DNA of 64,000 nucleotides from IMG/VR virus record IMGVR_UViG_3300043403_000102, positions 18,089-82,088 of that record. One strand, written 5' to 3'. Below are positions 19,135-28,523 of the stretch, in pieces. A program made the position numbers and the translations under genes. The notes beneath the pieces are model-generated. The model saw nothing but the letters and a program-made list of their open reading frames with translations. It made no database searches and was not told where the DNA came from. This DNA is from a virus. How positions within the stretch are numbered: the first letter of the stretch is position 1; every line of letters begins with the position of its first letter.

Positions 19135-19605
19135 TCACACCATGCCCTTCTGTTTTGCAAGCCAACCGGCAACTCGCAGCGTGCCCGCGTCGCCGTCGTG
19201 CTGAATGTCTCCGCCCTTGAGCTGGCTCTTAGGCAACCTGTACTCGGTGCCGCAGGACAACTGTACGAGCACGCTGGCTGCGGTCTCGCTCATGCAGATG
19301 ACGTCGTCGAACTCCGCCACCTCATCCTCAGTGGCAGCCTGTGGGTCTGTGAAGTCGGCCTGAATCTTCCGCCCCAGCCAGCGTGTAACCATAAGGGTTC
19401 CGCGTTCGCCCTTGAGGTGGATGCCTCCGGGGACGATCTGGCTCTTGGGGACGGGCCGGGTAACGCCTAGGGGGAAGGCGACGATGAGGGCCTTCTCGGT
19501 CTCGTGCTTCACCTCGCAGTCCTTGAACTCGACTAGGTCCCGGTCGAGATCTGCCAGCGATTGGCCTTCGTATTCAATGTCGTCGAGGACGTCCCACCCG
19601 GCCAT
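19135..19605 (-). CDS. Protein with a tandem duplicated small beta domain
   Basis: ETEKALIV...PKSQI...GTLMVTRWL repeated as ETAASVLV...PKSQL...GTLRVAGWL. Confidence 0.65.
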   Translation of the reverse strand: MAGWDVLDDIEYEGQSLADLDRDLVEFKDCEVKHETEKALIVAFPLGVTRPVPKSQIVPGGIHLKGERGTLMVTRWLGRKIQADFTDPQAATEDEVAEFDDVICMSETAASVLVQLSCGTEYRLPKSQLKGGDIQHDGDAGTLRVAGWLAKQKGMV

Positions 19606-19883
19606 CAGAACCCCGCCCCCGCGACGACAAAGATCCTATCTTGCCCGCAGACGTTGTTCCCAGACACTTCGCGGATCTCCTTCAGCTCCACTAGCCTGTC
19701 GAGCAAGGCCATGAAATAAAAGCGGTCTCCCGACCCAACGGTGTTAGAGACGACGTGGTACCCGTTAAAGGCCCCCGCAATACGCGAGGCTTTGTACGTG
19801 GCTTTGAGAACTTTAATAACGTCGCGCTGGCCGTTGTCGTCGAGCACTCGAGAACGCTCGGTCTGGTATGAATAAGGCATCAC
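19605..19883 (-). CDS. Hypothetical protein
   Basis: 92 aa coupled ORF. Confidence 0.55.
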   Translation of the reverse strand: MMPYSYQTERSRVLDDNGQRDVIKVLKATYKASRIAGAFNGYHVVSNTVGSGDRFYFMALLDRLVELKEIREVSGNNVCGQDRIFVVAGAGF

Positions 19884-20203
19884 GCGATCTCATCGGCGGG
19901 CGTGGCGGCGGCAATCGCAGCTTGCTCGGCCTTCATGGCGGCCCTGAACTGCTTCATCGCTTCGACGATGGTGACGACGACCTGCGCATGATGGGATTGG
20001 ATCCCCGTCGTAAGCGTGTCGCTCAGGGTGAGCATCGCCGCCACACGTCCCACCGAGGGCTCGACGGTGCTTATAAGATGCATGCACTGGTCGAGGAACC
20101 CAAGGTAATCGCGCACGACCTCCTCGACGGCATCTGGGGGCATATCGGGGATGTTGTGCTGAAGGGCGGACTCGAACAAGGCGACCATGGCTGATTTGCT
20201 CAT
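19880..20203 (-). CDS. Hypothetical helical protein (probably leaderless)
   Basis: ATG 6 nt downstream of the TAAATA box. Confidence 0.6.
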   Translation of the reverse strand: MSKSAMVALFESALQHNIPDMPPDAVEEVVRDYLGFLDQCMHLISTVEPSVGRVAAMLTLSDTLTTGIQSHHAQVVVTIVEAMKQFRAAMKAEQAAIAAATPADEIA

Positions 20204-20209
20204 GCCTGG

Positions 20210-20235
20210 TATTTAGGGCGCCCCCTCGGGTTTAC
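20210..20235 (-). promoter_or_regulatory. Phage promoter GTAAAC-N14-TAAATA (copy 2)
   Basis: Exact motif; ATG 6 nt downstream. Confidence 0.8.
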
Positions 20236-20236
20236 C

Positions 20237-20572
20237 TCAGCGGAACGTCGTCAGGTGCTTTATCACCAGAGGCTCGGCCGCAGCCAGGCAGTCGGGGCAC
20301 GTCACCGTCTCGAATAGGTAGGTCCAAGGGGCGCGCTCGTTGGCCCCGCAGTAGTGGGCCTGGAACATGTGGTTGATGGGGCGCCAGTGAAGCACCTGCG
20401 GAGGCCTGAGCAGCTCGCGTGTCGTGAGGCGCGTGACCACGAGCGGGGGTAGCGGCTTGGCGCTGACGTCCCACCAGAACCGCCACCACAAGCGACGCCA
20501 ACCCCCGAGGGCCTCGAAGCGATGTCGGGCCAGGGCCAGCCTGCCTATGCGCAGCAGCCACGGGGAGGTCAT
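20237..20572 (-). CDS. Zinc-finger family A protein (divergent)
   Basis: LHW...HYCG...VTCPDC. Confidence 0.55.
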   Translation of the reverse strand: MTSPWLLRIGRLALARHRFEALGGWRRLWWRFWWDVSAKPLPPLVVTRLTTRELLRPPQVLHWRPINHMFQAHYCGANERAPWTYLFETVTCPDCLAAAEPLVIKHLTTFR

Positions 20573-20757
20573 AGCTTTATGTGCTCCCTGCACAGGGGGC
20601 AAAGTATCTCGGTGGACAAGGGCTTAGCTATTGCCAGTAGATCGGTGGGTACCTCGCGCACGCACCGCGCTTTGAACGTCGGTCCCGTTACCGGCCAATA
20701 AGCCTGCAAGTGCACGACGCCTTCTAAGATCTCACGCAGCTCATCGGCTTTTGTCAT
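20569..20757 (-). CDS. Zinc-finger family A protein
   Basis: LEGVVH...ARC...LCPLC. Confidence 0.6.
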   Translation of the reverse strand: MTKADELREILEGVVHLQAYWPVTGPTFKARCVREVPTDLLAIAKPLSTEILCPLCREHIKL

Positions 20758-21200
20758 GTTCGATCACCTATGTGGTTGGGGAAGACCGCGCCCGCGGGCA
20801 GCTCAGGCATGAGGCCATTCACCACCAAGAAATCCCGACAGCTATACCCCGAGAGCTCCCGGTACAGCAGCATAGCCGTGCGCAAGGGTTCGTCGTCGCG
20901 GAGCATCTCGATGACCTTCCTGCGGTGCCCGATGTCGACGTCGAAGTGTCCCGCGACGGCCACAGCCCACCGTGGCCCCCACCAGCGCATTTGATCATGA
21001 GCATTGCTATCCACGGCTATTGCCTCCTTCAACAAGGTTGGGATCGCCTTCGCAAGCAACATGCGCGTAGCCCCTAGCCTAACGTAATCGATGGCCTCCA
21101 TGTCGAGCTTGACCTGGTTGATGCGATGGCCAACCGTCGCCTCATGATCTGAGCGCAGACGGTACCTTACGCCGCAGATTGAACACGTGCCCTTGGCCAT
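20754..21200 (-). CDS. Hypothetical protein with N-terminal CxxC
   Basis: MAKGTCSICG start; coupled ORF. Confidence 0.55.
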   Translation of the reverse strand: MAKGTCSICGVRYRLRSDHEATVGHRINQVKLDMEAIDYVRLGATRMLLAKAIPTLLKEAIAVDSNAHDQMRWWGPRWAVAVAGHFDVDIGHRRKVIEMLRDDEPLRTAMLLYRELSGYSCRDFLVVNGLMPELPAGAVFPNHIGDRT

Positions 21201-21203
21201 TGG

Positions 21204-21647
21204 TCAGAGCCCCGGAAGATTGGCTTGCCCTGCGTCCTGGTACTTGACGAGGACCTTCGTCGCTTTCTTAACGGCGCGCCAACGCTTCATGAGAAGTCTG
21301 ATTGAGTCGATGAGGTCGCCGTAGTTAGGGCTAGGCAACCTGACGTCGGCCCATGCGTCTGCGTCGCCCGCGTAGGCCGTGAACAACTCGAGGCCCCGTC
21401 GATGCATGCGGTTGCGCGTGTCTTCGTCGGCATAGTAACTCAGCACCTCGAAGGCCTTTGCTCGCCACGTAACGAGGTGACCATCAACGCCCCAGTCGCA
21501 GGCGAAGGCGAGCATGTAAGGCGGAACGTACGTGCCCCGGTGAATCCCGCCTTGGATCTTGATGAAGGTACCAGGGGCCATGTTGTTGCTGGCCGCCCTG
21601 GCACAGCCGTTCGTGACCTTGATGAAGCCCTCGGGAATCTTTGCCAT
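21204..21647 (-). CDS. Hypothetical protein
   Basis: Start MAKIPEG with AGGAGG RBS. Confidence 0.55.
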   Translation of the reverse strand: MAKIPEGFIKVTNGCARAASNNMAPGTFIKIQGGIHRGTYVPPYMLAFACDWGVDGHLVTWRAKAFEVLSYYADEDTRNRMHRRGLELFTAYAGDADAWADVRLPSPNYGDLIDSIRLLMKRWRAVKKATKVLVKYQDAGQANLPGL

Positions 21648-21648
21648 G

Positions 21649-21873
21649 TCAGCCCCTCCTGATGCTGTTAACGAGCACGCCGCATTCCTTGCACAAGGTG
21701 GTCCCCGGCAGGACAATGCGCTCGGCAGGGACGAGCCAGGCATAGGGGACCATGTTGCCACAAAGCGTATGCGTAAGGCCCATCCCCGCGTAGGAATCCC
21801 CCCTGCGCCTTTCGTGAACGACCCCTGCCAGTTGGGCGTCCATGTATCGGGCTATGCGTTCCCTCTCAAGCAT
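21649..21873 (-). CDS. Zinc-finger family A protein
   Basis: ARYMDAQLAGVVH...TLCG...W...LCKEC. Confidence 0.7.
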   Translation of the reverse strand: MLERERIARYMDAQLAGVVHERRRGDSYAGMGLTHTLCGNMVPYAWLVPAERIVLPGTTLCKECGVLVNSIRRG

Positions 21874-21879
21874 GTAGGC

Positions 21880-22476
21880 TCAGCAGGAGCAGGAGAAGAA
21901 GTTACCTCGGTCGGGGCCGACGTTCGCGCCCGTATAGATCGCGTAGTGCTCCCAGAAGTCATCACGCACTCGGTGCCCTTCCCAACGACCGCCGTCACTC
22001 AGGTAGTGGTCGTGAGCTAGGTACATGTCAGCCGCGTGCATGAACTCCTTAAGGTCGAGGCCTGCGGCTTCGGCCTCCTCGACCATCACGGCCCCCGCGC
22101 GCAGGAAGCGATCGCGGCTCTCGCTGTCCTCGACTGGGGGTGAGTCAATCTGGGGGTGCGACCACACGTGGCGCAGGGACGTGATCTTGCGGGGTAGGAC
22201 CACGAACCAGAAGTGCTCGCCTGGATCTACGTGGCGCGGAATGAAGGGGTCCACGATACCAAGGGCGTCGGCGGCATCGACGCACGCCACTGCGTCTATC
22301 CCGTTGCTCTGAAGGGTGACGTGCTGACCTCGCTGCAACCGATGAGCCGCACGGGCAGGAAGTACGGCGAGGTGGATGGCATCGCGTTTCTCCTTGTCGG
22401 TGATAATGGTCCCTAGGGTTTCGAGGGCGTCGGTGGAGACACTGCGCTTGTCGGCGCTCTTGGTTGGCTTGCTCAT
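21880..22476 (-). CDS. Hypothetical phage protein (probably leaderless)
   Basis: RDAIHLAV, GIVDPF, ITSLRHVWSHP, C-terminal FFSCSC; ATG 6 nt after the promoter box. Confidence 0.7.
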   Translation of the reverse strand: MSKPTKSADKRSVSTDALETLGTIITDKEKRDAIHLAVLPARAAHRLQRGQHVTLQSNGIDAVACVDAADALGIVDPFIPRHVDPGEHFWFVVLPRKITSLRHVWSHPQIDSPPVEDSESRDRFLRAGAVMVEEAEAAGLDLKEFMHAADMYLAHDHYLSDGGRWEGHRVRDDFWEHYAIYTGANVGPDRGNFFSCSC

Positions 22477-22482
22477 GCCTGG

Positions 22483-22508
22483 TATTTAGGGCAACTATTC
22501 GGGTTTAC
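22483..22508 (-). promoter_or_regulatory. Phage promoter GTAAAC-N14-TAAATA (copy 3)
   Basis: Exact motif; ATG 6 nt downstream. Confidence 0.8.
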
Positions 22509-22725
22509 CCCGAGCCAGCAGGTTGCTGAACTCCTCGATCACCATGAACTCGGCGGCGGCTAGGGCCTCGTCGAGGCTGCCTGCGAAGTATTGCCCTCGG
22601 GCTTCGCGCAGCGTGGTGATCTGCCAGTTGCGCTCTCCTTCGGGCCCGCCGACCATTGCGCGCTGGGGGAGGATCCAAAGCTCATAGCTGCCGTGGCCTT
22701 GCCGGTACCAGTCGCGGTGTCTCAC
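22495..22725 (-). CDS. Hypothetical protein
   Basis: 76 aa, ends SLDEALAAAEFMVIEEFSNLL; loosely resembles family C. Confidence 0.5.
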   Translation of the reverse strand: MRHRDWYRQGHGSYELWILPQRAMVGGPEGERNWQITTLREARGQYFAGSLDEALAAAEFMVIEEFSNLLARGKPE

Positions 22726-22852
22726 TCGTTGTTACCGTTCGGTAACGCCATGGCCAGCGATCCTAGGACGATGCCGAACTCCCACAGCTTGAAGCCGAGG
22801 GTGCCGACGTCAAAGAAGACGATGCCTGCGAGGGTTCCGACGATGAGCATCT

Positions 22853-25480
22853 TCATGTGTGCAATTTCCGAGTGAGCCTTGCTATGCGAAGGCACTCCTC
22901 GCAGATGTGAATGTCGATCGACGGCTCCACCGCGTAAGCCCACTTCAAAGCGACGAAGTCCCCGCACAGCGTTTTGAAGTGACTGAGTATCGGGTTATGC
23001 CCTAGGGGTTCGCTGCTGAAGTGGTAGTCCTGCGCAAGGTCAGCACGCATCCTGCGGGCAGCCTTCTCCTCCTTGGTCATGGTATCTTGCTCCGGGTTCT
23101 TAGGCGGCCTTCGGATAGGTGCGCACAGTCTGAGCACATCGTGTTACTCCGACCTGCAGGCATCGTGTAAGCTGACCACTGCAGCGGAGCGATGTCCCCG
23201 CATAGCGTGCGAAAATAGCCCGAGTGCAGATTGACGCTCGGGTGTTGATGGTGGGTGTAATGATAAAGCCGCGTGAGCTCTGCGCGCATCGAACACGCAG
23301 ACAGGGCCTCCGCGGTCATACTGCTTCCTTCCTGTAAACTGTAGGGTCTCTTTCACCACGGGCCAAACGTTCGCAATCCAGGCACAAATCATCAGCCCTC
23401 AACCTTGACGTGGGTGTTGCATATAGAACGGACCACTCAACGGGGACAATGTCCCCACAAAGGGTCTTAAAGTAGCGAGACATACCGCTGTGGTACGTAT
23501 CCCTGCGCTGACTGAAGTGATACACCCTTACAAGGTCCGCGTGCATCCTGCGGGCGGCCTTCTCTTCCTCGGTCAAGGCCATGTGATCTGCCCTGGTATC
23601 CGTTCACCGACTACCACGCGCGCGCAGTCAGGGCACATCTGGTCGGAGGCGTTGACCGTGTTTGGGTACGAACAGACCCAGCGCGATGGAATAAGCACCC
23701 CGCACTTCGAGCGAAAGAAGTGCCCTTCCATCGCCGGGATGGCGATGTCGGCGTAGTGGTAGACCTCGGCCATGTTCGCCGTCATTAACGACACTCGAAA
23801 GTCTTGGTTGGTGATCATAAACCTCTGCCCACAAGCCCGCCCATCAGGATGCTGTAACACAGGGGGCAGATTAGGTCGGCCAAGATCCTGTCCTTCGATT
23901 TAATCCAGGGGCCCCTAGGCACGTACGCTTCACACCAGGCCCTATAGAACGCTTGGCCCTCGTCGTTGTACATGGCAGGGTAGCCCATCCAGATGTGGAC
24001 GACCTGAGCCAACTCGGCTTCCATCGTGAACTTGACGGCGTCGAAGTCCGCGATGGCTTGGGTGGAGTACTTAGGTGGTGGCGAGCCCATGCCTTGTATT
24101 TAGGGCAGCCATTCAGGTTTACCCAGGGAACGAGGCACACTCGGGGCACACGGGGCTGTCGATGCCCACTGACGTCCCTTCAATCACGAGGACGCCACAC
24201 AGGCCTTCGAGCAGGCCTTGCCCTATCGGACGTAGGCGCAGGTGCCGCACGCGATCCGTGTTCTCAAGGACTCTGCGCATGCGCTCGACCCGATTGCGCG
24301 CTCGACGCTCCTTAGCAGCACGGCGCTTGCGGCTGACGACTTGGATCTTCTGGCTCTTGGTCATCTCAGCGCCCGCCTTGCCATGCAGTCCTCGCATCGA
24401 ACCAGCGTCTCGTCCCACCTCATACGGTGAGGGCTAAGGGTGATCCATTTGCGAGGCACCACGTCACCGCACAGTGTTTCGACAGGCTCGTCGTCAACAT
24501 CCTCAGTGGGCCTTGACGATAATAAATGCTTGGGAAAATGGGACACCCCCACCAACTCAGCACGCATCAAGGACGCGGGGTTCATCTTCATAGGCCCCTC
24601 AAGTAGGGCACATGAATGCGATGGTATTCGCGCAAGCAGTCAGGGCACCAGTACGGGGTCTTGTCTGTGACCTCGTGAAAGCGCGTGGTGATCCACTTGA
24701 ACGTCACGACCTCGCCGCACAAGGTTTCGATGGGGTGCTGGTCATACAGTTGCTCTCGGGACAAGACATGCCTGTGGTAGTGAAATACCCCGCGAAGGTC
24801 GGCACGCATAAGGTTTGCCTGGTCCATCACCATTTCCCCTGCTTCATCCTACGACTGCCGTTCCATCTAGGCAGGCGGGGCACCAGGGGTATTCGAGGGA
24901 CGCGAATCGCTCCTCGGCAGTGACGATGACCCACGAACGGTGAACCACATCGCCGCAAAGCGCTTTCGTAAGTGGTTTCGCCACCTCACCAACGGCAATG
25001 AAGTGCTTCACACCTATGAGGGTATCTCGCATGAGTGCGGCTCGCGCGTTCATCGGGCCTGCCAAAGCTGGAGGCACTCCGCGCACTTGATGTCCTCGGG
25101 GAAGTGCACGATGTGATTGCTCCCTACCGATAACTTTCGCCCACAGTACGCCCATGAAGTTGCGGCGTGCACAGAGTACGCCCTTACGATATGAGGCCCG
25201 GTCAGCAAGGCCTCTACTCGCGCGGCGGCTTTCAGATCATCAAAGGTCATCCGCCCACCGGGTCCTGCCTCTTTATCACCCCGTGAAGGGCCAGGCATTC
25301 GAGGCAGGCGGGCGCTGGCATGATCCACGGGTTGAACTCGGAGAACCACTGAGCCGGGACGTAGTCCCTGCATAGCGTCTCTATGAGGGGGGCTGTGCAG
25401 GCTCGGCCCGGGTACCTCCTGAGATGCTTAACCCCGTTAAGGGCCGCCCGCATAATACCCGCCTGCACCTCCTTGGTCAT
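22853..25480 (-). repeat. Tandem array of 11 paralogous small zinc-finger CDSs (family A, H..C..CxxC, DUF3039-like)
   Basis: ORFs 22853-23080, 23077-23319, 23316-23582, 23573-23818, 23815-24090, 24119-24364, 24361-24591, 24588-24833, 24844-25053, 25050-25250, 25247-25480. Consensus MxAxL..xH...(TL)CG...W...CxxC; mostly ATGA-coupled. Confidence 0.85.
24097..24122 (-). promoter_or_regulatory. Phage promoter GTAAAC-N14-TAAATA (copy 4)
   Basis: Exact motif; ATG 6 nt downstream. Confidence 0.8.
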
Positions 25481-26337
25481 CCGCCCACCAGCTTGAACGG
25501 TGCGGTCTGAGGCCCCCCAACGAGCGGGTACGAGATAGGGTCAGGCGCCCCGATGAGTTCCTGCTCGATGACGTCGCACCCCTGGGATACGCGCTGGATG
25601 AGCGTGCACCAGCCGGGGCGCTGCATAAGGTGATGGGTGGCGTCGTCCAGGTGCCAGGGCGTCCCGATGTACAGCACGCGGGCGTCGGGCTCTAGGCGGC
25701 TCAACCACGTGCTCTCGATGAACTGAAGGACCTTGGACCGCTGGGTGGAGTCGAAGCTGTTCTTCTGGTCGACGACGTCGTCAAAGATCATGATGTCCGC
25801 TCGTCCACCCACGCCCGTCGTGAGGATGCCTCGGGCGTGAATGCTCGGGTCGATGGCCCCGCCCGTACGCTCCAAGTAGATCTCATGGCCCGCCCATTTG
25901 CGACCTCGACGGATGCCAGGGAAAATGCCCTTGAAGGCTGCGGTCTCGATGAGGGCCTTGGCCCTCTCGACTCGTTTGGTGGCGCTGCTGTCGTCGTTGG
26001 TGATGACCTTGATTCGGAGGTTCGGATCTCTACCCAGGGACCACGCGATAAGAGGCACCGCAAGCGTGGAGCTTTTACCGTGACCGAAGGGCGCCATGAT
26101 CATGGCCTTGAGTCCACGGGACCAGCAGTACTTAAGGTGAAGGATCCACTGTATGTGGATGGGGCTTAGGCGCAGTGGATGGCCGTGGTCGTCCTGGACC
26201 ACACGCTCGATGAACAGACCGAGGTCCCCCTTGGCTGCGTCGGAGGCGCGGGCCATCGTTGCATACATCAGCAGGAGCTTGCGCCGCTGGGCCAGGGGCA
26301 ACATGTCCGCGATGGTCGTTGTGGTCGTCTCAGCCAT
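25477..26337 (-). CDS. terL: Terminase large subunit, N-terminal ATPase part (separate gene)
   Basis: Walker A APFGHGKSS, GVGGRAD, Walker B MIFDD, coupling motif IGTPWHLDD. Ends after 286 aa with no nuclease domain. Confidence 0.85.
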   Translation of the reverse strand: MAETTTTTIADMLPLAQRRKLLLMYATMARASDAAKGDLGLFIERVVQDDHGHPLRLSPIHIQWILHLKYCWSRGLKAMIMAPFGHGKSSTLAVPLIAWSLGRDPNLRIKVITNDDSSATKRVERAKALIETAAFKGIFPGIRRGRKWAGHEIYLERTGGAIDPSIHARGILTTGVGGRADIMIFDDVVDQKNSFDSTQRSKVLQFIESTWLSRLEPDARVLYIGTPWHLDDATHHLMQRPGWCTLIQRVSQGCDVIEQELIGAPDPISYPLVGGPQTAPFKLVGG

Positions 26338-27519
26338 GATACTGATCCCCGGACATCAAGGCACGCCAAGCCAGGCAGGCTGGGCATGTCGCAAGAGCCA
26401 GGACTCTAACAAAGTGCCCATTGACGTCGCACTTCGCCCAGTCGCCCCACACGGCGTCGCCCGGGGTATCGAAGGCAGGGAACACACCGCACGGGCCATT
26501 GGCGTAGTGAATGTCGCCCGTCGGCTTGTAGGTAATGCGGGTCATCCGGGGTTACTCGGCCTCCCGCATGCGTGCCCATGTATCGTCGGGGTTGGCGTCA
26601 ACGAGCATGCGCCATGCTTTGCAGGCGGGACAGTTGACGACGCGTGTGTGCAACCTGGGCGTCTTGTCCGAAGCACACTTCGCGTACTTAAACGTCGACC
26701 ACCACGTACCATCGCTCACGCGGCACTTGTCACTAAAGCAAGGACCCTGCAGGTAATGGATAATCAGTACGCTAAACGGCATGGCTCAGGGCCTCCCACA
26801 TCGCGCAAGCAGGGCACATCTCGTCGTCACCCATAGTCCCAGCGCGAGCAACCCACGCCTCCCACATCTTCGGGAACATGTGATCGTAGTTCTTTAAATG
26901 GTAGTGGCTGCTGTGCTGGGTAAACGTCGGCGTGCCCTCGGGGCAAACACAAGGGCCGTCCACGTAGTGAGCAAGGCGTACCAAATCGAAGGCGCTCATC
27001 ACTTTGTATTTAGGGCCGGGCGTTCGGGTTACCTAGATTGTCCAGTTGGCGGGATCATCGTACTGTCGCACTTCAGCACTTCAGGTGCGGCGAGCTCCCG
27101 CCACATCTCGCACGCGGGGCAGTAGTCGAACCCGGCATCGGCGTGCTCGAACCACGCATGTCGCTTGTAGGCACCTCCATAAAACTGGTGAAGCTCGGGG
27201 TCATAGTCCTTTGGCTTTGTACACGGCCCTCCTTCATGGTGCACGAGCAACCCGCCGCTAAGAACTGACCGGGGGTTGCGGAGTAAGCTCGTGCAGGCCA
27301 AGCGCTGAGGAAGGGTCATCGCTCGGCCGCCATGAAGCGTGCAAACATCTCGCATGCGGGGCAGCGTCGTATGTCGACGCCATCACCAGAAGGCTCGAAC
27401 CAGGTTCGGTAATGGATACGCCCTGCCCTCTCGTGCGTTTCGTGTTCATAGCCTGGCGGCTTCACGCAGGGTCCCTCCTCATAGTGCGCGATGTAGCCGT
27501 ACTTAGTTCTTGGGGTCAT
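26330..27519 (-). repeat. Tandem array of 5 paralogous small zinc-finger CDSs (family B, HYxxGPC...CPACxxW)
   Basis: ORFs 26330-26545, 26552-26782, 26772-26999, 27029-27319, 27316-27519; all have H(Y/H)xxGPC and CPAC. Confidence 0.85.
27007..27032 (-). promoter_or_regulatory. Phage promoter variant GTAACC-N14-TAAATA (copy 5)
   Basis: One mismatch; ATG 7 nt downstream. Confidence 0.7.
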
Positions 27520-28348
27520 CGCTGCTCGTGGTGGTGACGGTACCGAAGAGGTCCTCGGCGCTAACACCGGGGGGCATGGCACCTCCGCTGGTGATGATGT
27601 AGTCGAGCTGCTCGGGCGTGAGCTTCTGAAAGGCGGCGAGCGCAGAGGCTGCGGTGCCCATGATCTCGGCCCGCGAGGTAGGGCCCCCACGCCAGAAGGA
27701 CTCGATGCGACCGACGGCCTCGACGGAGTTGACGATGGTGCGCCAGGCATCGGCCATCTCAAGCGCGGAAGCAGGGACATCCTCATCGATGACATGAACG
27801 TCGCCGTGCTTGTCGAGCACCTTGCGTTTGCGGTTCTTGATGAACTCGGCGCGCTGGGTCGCGACGTTGGCCTTCATGATGAGGTTGCCGAGGCCAATCT
27901 TGGTGGCGTGGGAGAGCTTGAGCATGTGGGCCTTGTTGGCCTCCCACTCCTCGGACTCCTTCTTTTTCTTGTCCTCGATGGTGCTGGTCTTGGCCGTGGC
28001 TGCGGCTGCCTCCCATACGCGCAGTCGTTCGATGAATGATGGGAACCCACGCTCGGGATAGCCGTCCTCGACGAGGCGCGAGATGGTCTGAAAGGACAGG
28101 GAGAACATGGCGGAAAGCCTGGACTTATTGCGGGTGCCGTCTCGCCAGGATTCCCATATGGCTTCGTAGAGCTCGGCGTCGATGCGCTTGCCGTGGTGCT
28201 TGTGCTTGGGGTCGCCCTTGATGACCTTGCGCTTACCCTTGATGTAGCTCCCGCCGTTCTTGGCTGTGGTGTGCGGGGGTGGTATGACCGTCGTGGGGTC
28301 GGGGACGTTTGGCGGTGGTGGTGCTGGCGGGTCGTTCGGGTTGGACAT
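27503..28348 (-). CDS. Putative terminase small subunit (HTH plus helical region)
   Basis: HTH-like NKSRLSAMFSLSFQTISRLV followed by long helices; upstream of the TerL ATPase gene. Assignment is inference. Confidence 0.45.
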   Translation of the reverse strand: MSNPNDPPAPPPPNVPDPTTVIPPPHTTAKNGGSYIKGKRKVIKGDPKHKHHGKRIDAELYEAIWESWRDGTRNKSRLSAMFSLSFQTISRLVEDGYPERGFPSFIERLRVWEAAAATAKTSTIEDKKKKESEEWEANKAHMLKLSHATKIGLGNLIMKANVATQRAEFIKNRKRKVLDKHGDVHVIDEDVPASALEMADAWRTIVNSVEAVGRIESFWRGGPTSRAEIMGTAASALAAFQKLTPEQLDYIITSGGAMPPGVSAEDLFGTVTTTSSDDPKN

Positions 28349-28523
28349 GTCTGGTCTCCTCCTTGGGGTATCCCGCCTGCCGGTGCGCTGTCCGTGAGCG
28401 TACTGGGGAGTCGAAGAGCGGGGTGCTGATGGTTAAGATACGCCGCGTGATGGGCTTTGGGCAAGGAGGCTTGGATTAGGCGGGGTTCGGGTACGGGCTG
28501 GAAGATGGCTATGCTGCAGAGTT

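Noticed and set aside
11957-25480. Intein, intron or integrated element explaining the terL split
   Set aside because: I saw no intein terminal motifs, integrase or in-frame junction repeat. The interval shares the phage's own promoter motif and strand.
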